DNA of 64,000 bases from an uncultured Acidobacteriota bacterium. GTDB lineage: Bacteria; Acidobacteriota; Vicinamibacteria; Vicinamibacterales; CAVVIG01. The stretch is taken from assembly GCA_963711765.1 (NCBI GenBank), contig CAVQFC010000004.1, positions 835,138 through 899,137 of the forward strand, in the 5' to 3' direction. Below, piece by piece: positions 9,370-21,788 of the stretch. Made by a program: the position numbers and the translations under genes. The stretch's first letter is position 1. Every line of letters begins with the position of its first letter. The notes under the pieces are model-generated. The model made no database searches. It was not told the origin of the DNA and was given only the letters and a program-made list of their open reading frames with translations.

Positions 9370-11053
9370 TCCAATGACGCCCGAGGTCGAGCGGGAGCTC
9401 CTCGTCGAGCCGTTCGACGAGGGCCGGGCCGTACTCGTTCAGGAACGACAGAAAGCCGATTGTTCGCTCCTGGGCGTGGCCGCCGGGAAAGGCCAGCGCC
9501 CGTGCGTGAATGAACTGACGCCGCAGCGTCTCGTCGCGGCGCTTCGCGGCCTGGATCATCTTGCCGTGGAGCGTCTGCAGGTCGCGCTGCATGCGCTCGA
9601 GGGTCGAGCGCGCCGCGCCCTCGAGCGTCGGATCGAGCGCCGGCATGGCGTCGATGACGCGGGTCATCTGCGCCTCGATTCCCTGCGCCGCCGCCGTGAA
9701 CGAGTCCTCGACCACCGCCGGGATCTGCGCCTGCAGCAGATCGTTCAACGCCGCTTCGTCCTGCGCCTGCAGTGACTCGATCGGCAGTTTGTACCTGGTC
9801 AGGAATCGCAGCGCCGCGGAATCGAGCAGCGTCGCGGTCGAGCGCGGATAGAACAGCGGCATCGGAACGCCGAAGTGTTCGTACACGCCGCGCAGCTGGC
9901 CGAGATAGGCCAGCTCGTTCGGCCCGGCGACGTAGCAGATGGTCGGAAAAATCGTGTCCTGGACGATCGGACGGAGCAGGACATTCGGACTGAAAGCGGC
10001 CGGATGCTCGGTCGCCTGAGCGACCAGGGTCGCCGCCTGGAACGGCTGCTCGCCGACGACGAAGCGTCCGTCCTGCTGGCGAATGGCGCGGCGGCTGCCG
10101 TCGAGATGAAACAGCGCGAGGCTATCGTCCTGCGCGTTCACCTGCGCGTGATAGCCGCGGGCGGTCAGATCCGACCCCGCCAGCGCCGCCAGTTTCGCGG
10201 TCTGACCGGGCATCGACAACTCGCGCGCGAACACCTCGCCGACGAGCGGCTTGGCTGCCGGATCCGACGAGTCGTACACGACCAGGCCGCGATCCCCGAG
10301 CACGCGTTCCATCCACCGGCCGAACGCCTCGGCCATACCGCGGCCGGGCGCGTACGGCTGACGCAGGTCATCCATGACCGAGGCGCGAAAATCTGTTTTG
10401 GGCAGGAGCTGTTCGACCGCGGAAAGCACGTCGAGGATCGCCTCGTCGAGGCGGATCGTGGCGACGGGGGCTGGTTCGACGCCCGGCCGGGCCGGCAGCG
10501 ACACGCTCTGCGGCTCCAGCTGCTCGTCGAACACCGTACACGACCGCACTTCCTCCCAGTCGTGATCTTCTGCGTCGATCCAGAAAACGGCAACCGCGGG
10601 TACGCCGTGATCCCGTGCGACCTGATCCGCCAGCTTGATCGCAGTGAGCGCCTTCAGCAACGTGAAGAACGGGCCGCCGAACAGGCCGGCCTGCTGTCCG
10701 GTCACGACGGCGACGGTGCGCGGGTTGGCGAGGAGCCGCGCCGCCTCGCGCGCTTTCGTGGGAGCGCCGCGATGCTCCTGCTGCCTGGCCAGGACGTCAG
10801 CGATGTCGTCGCGGCGCCGCTGGTGCGCCTGGGTGCGCGCAATCGCGTCGGCCCACGCGGAGTGATCGGCGGGATTGCCGGAAAAAAATGGCGCGACCGA
10901 GGGAAAGTCGTACGCGTAATCCGCCGCGAGGCGGCGAATCCACGGGAAGCGGCGCACGTCGACCGGAATGCGGACCGAAGACTCCGAAGTAGATTCGGCT
11001 GAGTTCACCTGCACCGGAAGCCTACTCTCGCAGAGCGTTGCGCGGACTGTCAA
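9356..11053 (-). CDS. bshC: Bacillithiol biosynthesis cysteine-adding enzyme BshC
   Basis: 565-aa ORF carrying the signature VVTGQQAGLFGGPFFTLLKALTAIKLA. It overlaps the downstream PBP1A start by 14 nt. Confidence 0.8.
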   Translation of the reverse strand: MTVRATLCESRLPVQVNSAESTSESSVRIPVDVRRFPWIRRLAADYAYDFPSVAPFFSGNPADHSAWADAIARTQAHQRRRDDIADVLARQQEHRGAPTKAREAARLLANPRTVAVVTGQQAGLFGGPFFTLLKALTAIKLADQVARDHGVPAVAVFWIDAEDHDWEEVRSCTVFDEQLEPQSVSLPARPGVEPAPVATIRLDEAILDVLSAVEQLLPKTDFRASVMDDLRQPYAPGRGMAEAFGRWMERVLGDRGLVVYDSSDPAAKPLVGEVFARELSMPGQTAKLAALAGSDLTARGYHAQVNAQDDSLALFHLDGSRRAIRQQDGRFVVGEQPFQAATLVAQATEHPAAFSPNVLLRPIVQDTIFPTICYVAGPNELAYLGQLRGVYEHFGVPMPLFYPRSTATLLDSAALRFLTRYKLPIESLQAQDEAALNDLLQAQIPAVVEDSFTAAAQGIEAQMTRVIDAMPALDPTLEGAARSTLERMQRDLQTLHGKMIQAAKRRDETLRRQFIHARALAFPGGHAQERTIGFLSFLNEYGPALVERLDEELPLDLGRHWIVTI

Positions 11054-11127
11054 GCAATCGCGGCCGCTATGCGGTTGAACGAACAGGAGTAAGACGCGCG
11101 CGCCGGGCTGGACGGTGCGCGCGATAT

Positions 11128-13170
11128 TTGCGCGTCGGTGCGTTGAACGCGAGGCGGTTCAATGTTACGATTCGTGGGCCTTCCTCTAGGAGTTTTTCAC
11201 TGCACACGGAACCTTCCGGCACTGCGCCTCCTGACGCGTTCGGACCGTTTCGTGTTCTTCATCAGATCGGTGCAGGGACGTTGGGGCCGGTGTTCCGCGC
11301 GTACGACGCGGAACGCGAGCGGCTGGTCGCGGTCAAGCTGTTCAATCTCGACCTGCCGCCGGAAAAAGGGCACCAGCTGGTCGCGGCATTCGAGCGGCTG
11401 ATCGCCGCCGACCTCACGCATCCCGCGCTGGCGTCGCCGCTGGCGACCGGCATCACCGGCGTCTCGGCGTTTCTGGCGCAGGACTACGTTGCGGCCGAGT
11501 CGCTCGACTTGTCGGTGCGGGAGTACGGTCCGGCGCCGCCAGCCGAGGCGTTGCGTGTGGCCGCCCAGCTCGCCGGCGCGCTCGATTTCGCCGCCGTGGT
11601 CAATATCAGCCACGGCGCGCTGCACCCCCGGGACGTGTTGATGTCGTCGGACGACACGCGTCTCACCGGCATGGGCGTCGCCCATGCGCTCGAAACGGTC
11701 GGCGTCACGGCGCCCGTCCGCCGACCGTACTCGCCACCGGAGCGCGTGGCCGGCGCCGCGTGGAATCGTCGGGCCGATGTGTTCAGCCTCGCCGCCCTGA
11801 TCCACGAACTGCTCTGGGCGCGGCGCGTGTCAGGCACCGGCGCCCGGGCCGCCGAGAGCCTGACGGCAATCGAGGGTGGCGACCGCGAACGACTGCGAGC
11901 GACCTTCGGGCGCGCGCTCGCGGAGAGTCCCGACGATCGGTACGAAACGGCGCTCGAGTTCGCCGAGGCCTTGAAGGAAGCGTTTCCGGCCATCGTGCTG
12001 GCGCCGCCGGCACCAGTGGACCGTCGAGCGAGGAAGGCGCGGTCCGGATCGTCAGCGGACCGGAACGGCGGCAAGGTCGGGGAGAAGCGGGCGACGCCGG
12101 AAGTGGAGCCGCGGCTGCCGCTCGACACCGAACTGCCGATGGTTCGCGCGACGGCGGCCCCGGCCGACATCGCCGACGCGTTCACGCAGGGCCCGGTCCC
12201 CGACCTGGAAATGAGCGCGGGCGCGCACGACGACTTGAAGGGGGCGGGACGGATCGGTCAGAAGCAGGCGGTCCCGGTGCGGCCGGAACCGATCAGGGAA
12301 ACAACGAGGGAGACAACGAGGGACTCGCCGAAGGAAACGACCAGGGAAACGACCAGGGAACCCGAGTTTCTTTCCGTGCTCGAGCGGTCGCGCTCAGCGG
12401 TCTGGCCGCTGGTGCTGGCGCTCGCCGTCGGCATCGCGATCGGCTTCGCCGCCGGTTATGGCACCGGTTCGCAGCGCCAGAACCTGGCGACCACTGCAGG
12501 CAGCGCGCCTGGACGCGAGTTCACGGAAGGCGCGGTGCCCGAGACGGGCAAGCCGGCTCTCGCCGCAGCGTCACCGGATGCCGCCAAGACGACCGCGAAA
12601 CCGGCGGCGAGAGTCAGCCCGCCGGCGCCGCAAGCGCCGGTCGAACCTGGGCCCGAGAGCGGTCGGCTGCTGGTGCGGTCCACCCCTGGAAACGCTGCGG
12701 TGTCAGTCGACGGCCATGACGCCGGTCGAACGCCGGCGACTGTCCGCGATATCTCTTTCGGTGCGCATCACGTGCGTGTCACTCGCGACGGCTACACGGC
12801 GCTCGATCGACGCGTGGTCGTCACCGCATCGCGTCCGGCGGCATCGATCGACTTCGAACTGGTCCGCGAAAAGGCGCCGATACCTGAGCCGCGTCGTGCG
12901 CCCGCGGCAGGGGCGGCAGGAGCGCCGCCGCCGGCGCCGCCAGTCAGGGCGGCCAGCGGTCCCGGTCCGCTGCGCGTGGATTCGCGGCCGGTGGGAGCGT
13001 CGGTGTATCTGGACGGACGGCTGGTCGGCGTGACGCCGTTGTCGTTGCCGGCCGTGCCGGCCGGCGAGCACACCATTCGTCTTCAGCTTGACGGCTATCA
13101 GTCGTGGGCGTCTGCAGTCCAGGTGGTGTCGACTGAAGCCAATCGGGTCACGGCGTCGTTGGAGCGATGA
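11128..13170 (+). CDS. Ser/Thr-kinase-like (predicted pseudokinase) membrane protein with two C-terminal PEGA domains
   Basis: Kinase-fold N-terminus (GAGTLGPVFRA, VAVKLF), but HGALHPRD replaces HRDLKPxN and GMG replaces DFG. Then a TTRE-rich repeat, one TM helix and two PEGA-like units (LLVRSTPGNAAVSVDG.., LRVDSRPVGASVYLDG..). The start is uncertain: there is no in-frame ATG, the ORF opens at 11038, and TTG codons sit at 11128 and 11143. Confidence 0.75.
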   Translation: MRVGALNARRFNVTIRGPSSRSFSLHTEPSGTAPPDAFGPFRVLHQIGAGTLGPVFRAYDAERERLVAVKLFNLDLPPEKGHQLVAAFERLIAADLTHPALASPLATGITGVSAFLAQDYVAAESLDLSVREYGPAPPAEALRVAAQLAGALDFAAVVNISHGALHPRDVLMSSDDTRLTGMGVAHALETVGVTAPVRRPYSPPERVAGAAWNRRADVFSLAALIHELLWARRVSGTGARAAESLTAIEGGDRERLRATFGRALAESPDDRYETALEFAEALKEAFPAIVLAPPAPVDRRARKARSGSSADRNGGKVGEKRATPEVEPRLPLDTELPMVRATAAPADIADAFTQGPVPDLEMSAGAHDDLKGAGRIGQKQAVPVRPEPIRETTRETTRDSPKETTRETTREPEFLSVLERSRSAVWPLVLALAVGIAIGFAAGYGTGSQRQNLATTAGSAPGREFTEGAVPETGKPALAAASPDAAKTTAKPAARVSPPAPQAPVEPGPESGRLLVRSTPGNAAVSVDGHDAGRTPATVRDISFGAHHVRVTRDGYTALDRRVVVTASRPAASIDFELVREKAPIPEPRRAPAAGAAGAPPPAPPVRAASGPGPLRVDSRPVGASVYLDGRLVGVTPLSLPAVPAGEHTIRLQLDGYQSWASAVQVVSTEANRVTASLER

Positions 13171-13186
13171 GTCGTTGACAAGACAG

Positions 13187-13259
13187 GAACGCAGAGGTCG
13201 CAGAGCACGCAGAGATACTTGATACTTGTGAAAGAGAATTTTCTGCGAACTCTGCGTTC
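13187..13259. repeat. Long hairpin built from CGCAGAG words (probable terminator/insulator between the kinase-like gene and carA)
   Basis: gaacgcagaggtcgcagag (13187-13205) pairs with ttctgcgaactctgcgttc (13241-13259), about a 19-bp stem. The loop holds a third cgcagag word and the direct repeat atacttgatacttg. Confidence 0.55.
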
Positions 13260-13273
13260 AGTGTAGGGGTGAG

Positions 13274-14404
13274 ATGGAAGCGATTCTGGCGTTGGAAGAT
13301 GGCACGGTGTTTCGCGGCGCGGCCGCGGGGGCCGAGGGCGAAGCCGGCGGCGAAGTGGTGTTCAACACCAGCATGACCGGCTATCAGGAAGTGCTCACCG
13401 ATCCGTCCTACGCGGGACAGATCGTCACGATGACCTGTCCCGAGATCGGCAACTACGGCGTGTCGAACGCCGACGTCGAGTCGCGCGCGCCGCAGGTCGC
13501 CGGTTTCATCATCCGTGACGAGTCGCCGGTCGCCAGCAACTGGCGCTCGGAGATGACGCTGCGCGAATACCTGGTCGCCAACCGCATCGTCGCCATCTCG
13601 GACATCGACACGCGCGCGCTGACGCGGCAGCTCCGCTCCGGCGGCGTCATGCGCGGCGTCATCGCCACCGGCAACGATCTCGACGTCAAGGCACTCGTCG
13701 ATCACGCCAACGCCGTGCCGCAGATGGAAGGCTCGGATCTCGTCAAAGGCGTCACGGCGAAGGCCGCGTTCGACTGGCCGCAGGAAGACCCGGACGAGTT
13801 CGGCATCGCGCTCGAGAAGCGCACGAAGCGGCGCCTGAAGATCGCCGCCTACGACTACGGCATGAAGTGGAACATCCTGCGGCGGCTGAGCGCGCACGGC
13901 TGCGATGTCCGCGTCTATCCCGGCGACGACGCCGGCCGCCGAGCTGCTCGCGACCAAGCCCGACGGCGTGTTTCTCAGCAACGGCCCCGGCGATCCGGCG
14001 CCGCTGAGCTACGCGGTCGACAACGCGAAGGCGCTGGTCGCGTCGAACGTGCCGATCTTCGGCATCTGCCTCGGCCATCAGATTCTCGGCCTCGCGATGG
14101 GCGGCAACACCTTCAAGCTGAAGTTCGGCCATCGCGGCGCGAATCATCCGGTGAAGAACCTGTCGGACCGGCAAGATCGAGATCACCTCGCAGAATCACG
14201 GCTTCGCCGTCGATCCGGCGTCGCTGCCGGACGACGTCGAGGTGACGCACCTGAATCTGTACGACGGCACGATCGAAGGCTTGCGGCACAAGACGCAGCC
14301 GGTGTTCTGCGTGCAGTACCATCCCGGAGGCGTCGCCGGGCCCGCACGACGCGGACTACCTGTTCGACGACTTTTTGAACCTGATCGAGGGGACTCGGGC
14401 CTAG
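13274..14404 (+). pseudogene. carA: Carbamoyl-phosphate synthase small subunit, frame broken three times (probably sequence insertions)
   Basis: CarA motifs run across three frames: FNTSMTGYQE; GICLGHQ; CVQYHPE-like. The +1 shifts are at ccc 13919-13921, gg 14165-14166 and ccc 14323-14325. Removing one base at each restores [27 protein letters not shown] and [16 protein letters not shown]. Confidence 0.9.
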
Positions 14405-14469
14405 GCGCTGGGGCTGAACGCTCGGAGTCTTTTTCGAGCCCCAAGTCCCCAGCCTCAGCCCCAACTGCT

Positions 14470-17731
<3,262 letters not shown>

Positions 17732-17762
17732 CGCGCGCAGTTTCTGCGATCTGCGGCGGCTG

Positions 17763-17859
17763 CATCACGAAGGCACGAAGGCCACGAAGGCCACGAAGTC
17801 TCTTTAATACGAGAGCTTAATGCGGTTCCTGTGCTTCGTGACCTTCGTGTCACCGTGAT
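17763..17859. repeat. ACGAAG-word hairpin element, copy 1 (REP/MITE-like)
   Basis: Left arm catcacgaaggcacgaaggccacgaaggccacgaag; right arm cttcgtgaccttcgtgtcaccgtgat. Intergenic between carB and comEC. Confidence 0.65.
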
Positions 17860-17895
17860 AAAGGCCCCGCCCCGGAATTTGCAGCCACGGATCGG

Positions 17896-20544
17896 ATGCG
17901 CGCGGCTGCCGCGGTTCCGGCCGCTGGCTTGCTCGGTGGGGCGGCTGCGGGCCTGCTGCTTCCTGATTTCTCTCATTCAATTCTCTTCGTCACGCTGATA
18001 CTCGCCGGCCTGTCGTCAGGGTGGGCGTGGCGCGGTGGCAAGCCCCGCGTCATTGTCATCGGTGTCGCGGCCGGGTTTTTCGCCGGCGGGATGCTCCTCT
18101 CTTCGACCGCCTGGGAGCGGGCGTGGCGGCCGTCGTTGCGGACGGCGTTCGAGGAACTCGCGCGATCGCGTCGCGTCGAGGCAGCGGCCGAAGGCCGCAG
18201 GTTGCCGGAAGACGACGAGGCGTTCGCAGTCGTCGAGGGGAGGTTGCGGGCCGACGCCGCGCGCCTGGACAGCGGCGTCTCGTTGAGCCTGGACGTCGAC
18301 ACGCTGGCCGAGCCGAACCCGCTGCTGAAGTCTGGCGCCGCGGTCTCCGCCGCCCCGATCGGCTCGGCGGGCCGACGCGTGGGCGGTGCGAAGGCTGGAG
18401 GCGCTCTCCTCACGATTCTCGGTTCGTCTGCGCCGGGCCTGGCGGACAGCTGGCGTGCCGGCCGCCGCGTGCGAATGCCGGCCGAGTTGCGGCGGCCCTC
18501 GCGTTACCTCGATCCGGGCGTGCCCGACAACGAGCGGGCGCTCGCCAGACGCGGCACGACGCTGGTTGGAACCGTGAAGAGCGGAGCGCTGGTCGAGATC
18601 GTGGCCCGCGGCAGCGTCCTCGACGAAGCGATGGCGAGCGCCAGGGCCACGGCACGCGTGGCGATTGGCGGAAGCGTTGGTCGATGGAGCCCCCAGGCCG
18701 GTGCGATTGTCGCCGCGATCGTGATCGGCGATCGGGCCGGTCTCGATCAGGACGTCCAGCGGCGCCTGCAGGAAGCCGGTACCTACCATGTGATCGCGAT
18801 TTCCGGCGGCAACATCGCCATCCTGGCCGGCCTGCTGATTGGCGGCTTCAGGTTCGCCGGCAGCCTTGGTCGCGGAGCGATGGTGTCCTCGATCGCAGTG
18901 CTGCTTGGCTACGCTCAATTCGTCGGCGGCGGCGCATCCGTCAACCGCGCGACGCTGATGGCGGTGCTCTACTTCGGCGCGCAGATCTTCGACCACAAGA
19001 GCTCGCCCTTGAACGTGCTGGCTGTGGTCGGGGCGCTGCTGGTCGCCGTCGATCCGCTTTCGGTTGCCGACCCGGCGTTTCTGCTCACGTGCGGCGCGAC
19101 CTTCGCGATTCTCGTCGTTGCGCCGCTGGCCGCGATGATCAACGCCAAGCTCGCGAAGCACGCAGAGAGAAAGCAACGATCTGCTGATTCTGCGAGTACC
19201 GCGGTCGCTGCATTGATCGTCGTGGCGCTGCAGGAGGGTGTCTCGATGTTCGTTGCATCGGCGGCCACCGAGGCGCTGCTGTTTCCAGTTGGCGCAGCGG
19301 TGTTTTCCCGCGTCACGTTCGCCGGCCTGGCGCTGAACTTCCTGGCCATTCCGTTGATGGCGGTCGCGCAGATTGCCGGCATGACGGTGGTGCCGGTATC
19401 CCTGGTGTCGACGCGAGCGGCGCAACTGTTCGGATGGGTTGCGTATCTGGGCGCCGCCGGACTGGTCGCATCGGCCGATCTGGTTCGCTTCGTGCCCGCG
19501 TTGACATATCGAATCGCCAAGCCGCCATGGATCACCATCGCCGTCTACTACATCGCGCTGGTGGCGGTCTGGCTCGCAGCCGGGCGACTGCGCCGCCGCG
19601 TGGTGCGCGTCGCCGCACCGATTGCCGTCGCCGCCGCGCTCTGGATTCTGGTCGATCCGCGCACCCTGGTTCGACGCGGGGACGGCCGCCTGCATGTGAC
19701 ATTCCTGGATGTCGGACAGGGCGACTCTGCGCTGGTCACGTTTCCGTTGGGATCGACGCTGCTCGTGGACGCCGGCGGAGTTGGGTCGTCCTCGTCGTTC
19801 GATATCGGCGATCGCGTGGTGGCGCCGGTGATCAGGACCGCAGGGTATCGCCGCCTCGATCGCATGGCGTTCAGTCACGGCGATCCGGATCACATCGGCG
19901 GGGCGTCTTCGGTTCTTCGCGAATTCCGGCCGCTGCAGGTGTGGGAGGGGATCCCAGTGCCGCGGTCCACGGCGCTGACGTCATTGCGCCTTGCCACCGA
20001 ATCCGCGGGCGAGCGGTGGGCCAATGTCTATGCCGACGATCACGAGTGGATCGACGGGGTGGAAGTCGTCGCGCGCCATCCGGTGCCGGCCGACTGGGAG
20101 CGGCAGAAGGTGCGGAACGACGACTCGCTGGTGCTGGAGCTTCGCTGGCGCGAGGTCTCGGTCGTGCTGACTGGCGACATCGGCGCCGGCGTCGAGCGGT
20201 CCATCGCCGATCGGTTTCCGGCATCGACGCTGCGGGTGATCAAGGTGCCGCACCACGGCAGCGCGACGTCGAGTTCGCGGGACTTCATCGAGGCGCTGCA
20301 TCCGCAGGTCGCGGTCGTCAGCGTCGGCCGGGGCAATCATTTCGGTCACCCCGTGCCGGCGGTGCTCGAGCGCTACCGAGCCGTCGGCGCCGAGATCTTC
20401 AGAACCGACCAGGACGGCGCGGTCACGATGGACAGCGATGGCGACTCGATTGCGATGACGACGTTCAACGGCCGAAGGTTGAACATGTCGGCACTCGAGG
20501 CACATCACGAAGACACGAAGAGCACGAAAGCCACGAAGCCTTGA
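17896..20544 (+). CDS. comEC: DNA internalization-related competence protein ComEC/Rec2 (with C-terminal MBL domain)
   Basis: 882-aa ORF with a multi-TM competence domain and an MBL domain (FLDVGQGDSALV, HGDPDHIGG, KVPHHGS). The last ~13 codons (HHEDTKSTKATKP) lie in repeat copy 2. Confidence 0.85.
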   Translation: MRAAAAVPAAGLLGGAAAGLLLPDFSHSILFVTLILAGLSSGWAWRGGKPRVIVIGVAAGFFAGGMLLSSTAWERAWRPSLRTAFEELARSRRVEAAAEGRRLPEDDEAFAVVEGRLRADAARLDSGVSLSLDVDTLAEPNPLLKSGAAVSAAPIGSAGRRVGGAKAGGALLTILGSSAPGLADSWRAGRRVRMPAELRRPSRYLDPGVPDNERALARRGTTLVGTVKSGALVEIVARGSVLDEAMASARATARVAIGGSVGRWSPQAGAIVAAIVIGDRAGLDQDVQRRLQEAGTYHVIAISGGNIAILAGLLIGGFRFAGSLGRGAMVSSIAVLLGYAQFVGGGASVNRATLMAVLYFGAQIFDHKSSPLNVLAVVGALLVAVDPLSVADPAFLLTCGATFAILVVAPLAAMINAKLAKHAERKQRSADSASTAVAALIVVALQEGVSMFVASAATEALLFPVGAAVFSRVTFAGLALNFLAIPLMAVAQIAGMTVVPVSLVSTRAAQLFGWVAYLGAAGLVASADLVRFVPALTYRIAKPPWITIAVYYIALVAVWLAAGRLRRRVVRVAAPIAVAAALWILVDPRTLVRRGDGRLHVTFLDVGQGDSALVTFPLGSTLLVDAGGVGSSSSFDIGDRVVAPVIRTAGYRRLDRMAFSHGDPDHIGGASSVLREFRPLQVWEGIPVPRSTALTSLRLATESAGERWANVYADDHEWIDGVEVVARHPVPADWERQKVRNDDSLVLELRWREVSVVLTGDIGAGVERSIADRFPASTLRVIKVPHHGSATSSSRDFIEALHPQVAVVSVGRGNHFGHPVPAVLERYRAVGAEIFRTDQDGAVTMDSDGDSIAMTTFNGRRLNMSALEAHHEDTKSTKATKP

Positions 20545-20578
20545 GCGTGCGGCTCGATCTTCGTGCCTTCGTGATGAG
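20503..20578. repeat. ACGAAG-word hairpin element, copy 2
   Basis: Left arm catcacgaagacacgaagagcacgaaagccacgaag, a loop, then cttcgtgccttcgtgatgag. It sits between the convergent comEC and mazG genes. Confidence 0.65.
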
Positions 20579-20581
20579 CGG

Positions 20582-21406
20582 CTATGTGCTGTGCGTACGC
20601 GTTTTCGCCAGTTCCCACTCGACTTCGAGCTGGTCGATGGTCATGTCTCCCATTGCCCGGCCTGATGCCTCGATGGTCTGTTCCATCGACGTGAATCGCC
20701 GCGTGAATTTGTCGTTGGCCTTGCGCAGCGCGGTCTCGGGCTCGATCCCGAGCTGCCGTGACAAGTGTGCGATCGAGAAGAGCAGATCGCCCATCTCGTC
20801 TTCCGCACGCTCGTGGTCCATGCCTTCCGGGCAATCGACCACTTCGCGCAGTTCGTCGACCTCCTCCTGGATCTTGTCCATCACCTGAGCGACCTGCGAC
20901 CAGTCGAAGCCGACCGACGCGGCGCGGACGCCGATCTGGTAGGCACGGAGCAGGGCGGGCAGCGCCGGCGCAATCCCGCTGAGCAGCGTCCTGGCCTTCT
21001 CGCCGCCGCGTTCCTGCGCCTTGATTTCCTCCCACCGCGTGCGGACACGCGCGGCCGAATGGATTGGCGGTTCGCCGTCGCCGCGGGCGAACACATGCGG
21101 ATGACGTCGGGTCAGCTTGTCCGAGATGTCACTCAACGAGTCGGCGATCGTGAAATGCCCAGCCTCGGACTCGACCTGCGCGAGCAACACCGCTTCGAAG
21201 ACGAAGTCGCCGAGTTCCTCGCGCAACGAGTGGTGGTCGCCCTTGTCGATCGCTTCGACCACCTCGTAGGTCTCCTCGAGCACGAACGGTTTCAGCGAAT
21301 CGATGGTCTGCTCCCGATCCCAGGGACAGCCGTCAGGCGCCCGCAGCGTCGCAACGATGTCAACCAGACGCGTAAACGCTTGGGCAGCGCGGCTCGACTC
21401 GGACAT
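20582..21406 (-). CDS. mazG: Nucleoside triphosphate pyrophosphohydrolase MazG
   Basis: 274-aa ORF with tandem MazG domains (GCPWDREQT, EETYEVVEAI, EEVDELRE, EMGDLLF). Confidence 0.85.
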   Translation of the reverse strand: MSESSRAAQAFTRLVDIVATLRAPDGCPWDREQTIDSLKPFVLEETYEVVEAIDKGDHHSLREELGDFVFEAVLLAQVESEAGHFTIADSLSDISDKLTRRHPHVFARGDGEPPIHSAARVRTRWEEIKAQERGGEKARTLLSGIAPALPALLRAYQIGVRAASVGFDWSQVAQVMDKIQEEVDELREVVDCPEGMDHERAEDEMGDLLFSIAHLSRQLGIEPETALRKANDKFTRRFTSMEQTIEASGRAMGDMTIDQLEVEWELAKTRTHST

Positions 21407-21425
21407 TTGGTAATCTTAAGATCAA

Positions 21426-21704
21426 ATGTCCGAGCCGCTCCTGAGCTTCACTGGTTTCGTGCTGTCTCTCGCCAGCACCGCCGCCATCCATTTCGGCGAC
21501 CTTCCCGACCCTGAATCTGGTCAACCGTCCGAGGTGAATCTCGGCGGCGCAGCCCAGATGATTGAAATCCTGGCGCTGCTCGAGGAGAAAACGAAGGGCA
21601 ACCTGACGGCGGAAGAACGTCAGATTCTCGAGCAGGTGCTCTACGAGCTCCGTATGCGTTTCGTGGACGCCAGTGGCGGCGGCAAGCGGATTATCGAGCC
21701 ATAA
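21426..21704 (+). CDS. DUF1844 domain-containing protein
   Basis: 92-aa ORF. FTGFVLSLASTAAIHFGDLPDP...KTKGNLTAEERQILEQVLYELRMRFV matches my recollection of the DUF1844 pattern. Confidence 0.7.
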   Translation: MSEPLLSFTGFVLSLASTAAIHFGDLPDPESGQPSEVNLGGAAQMIEILALLEEKTKGNLTAEERQILEQVLYELRMRFVDASGGGKRIIEP

Positions 21705-21788
21705 CAGGCGTCAGGCGTCAGCCAGAAGTCGTTAGCCAGCAGCCACAGGTCCTCCCGTGCAGTCAGCAACTAGCATTCAGCCATCAGA

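Noticed and set aside
11038-11127. The 5' extension of the kinase-like ORF back to 11038.
   Set aside because: It would overlap the divergent bshC start (11053). It encodes an Arg-rich non-protein-like peptide and has no ATG. A later TTG or other start is more plausible.
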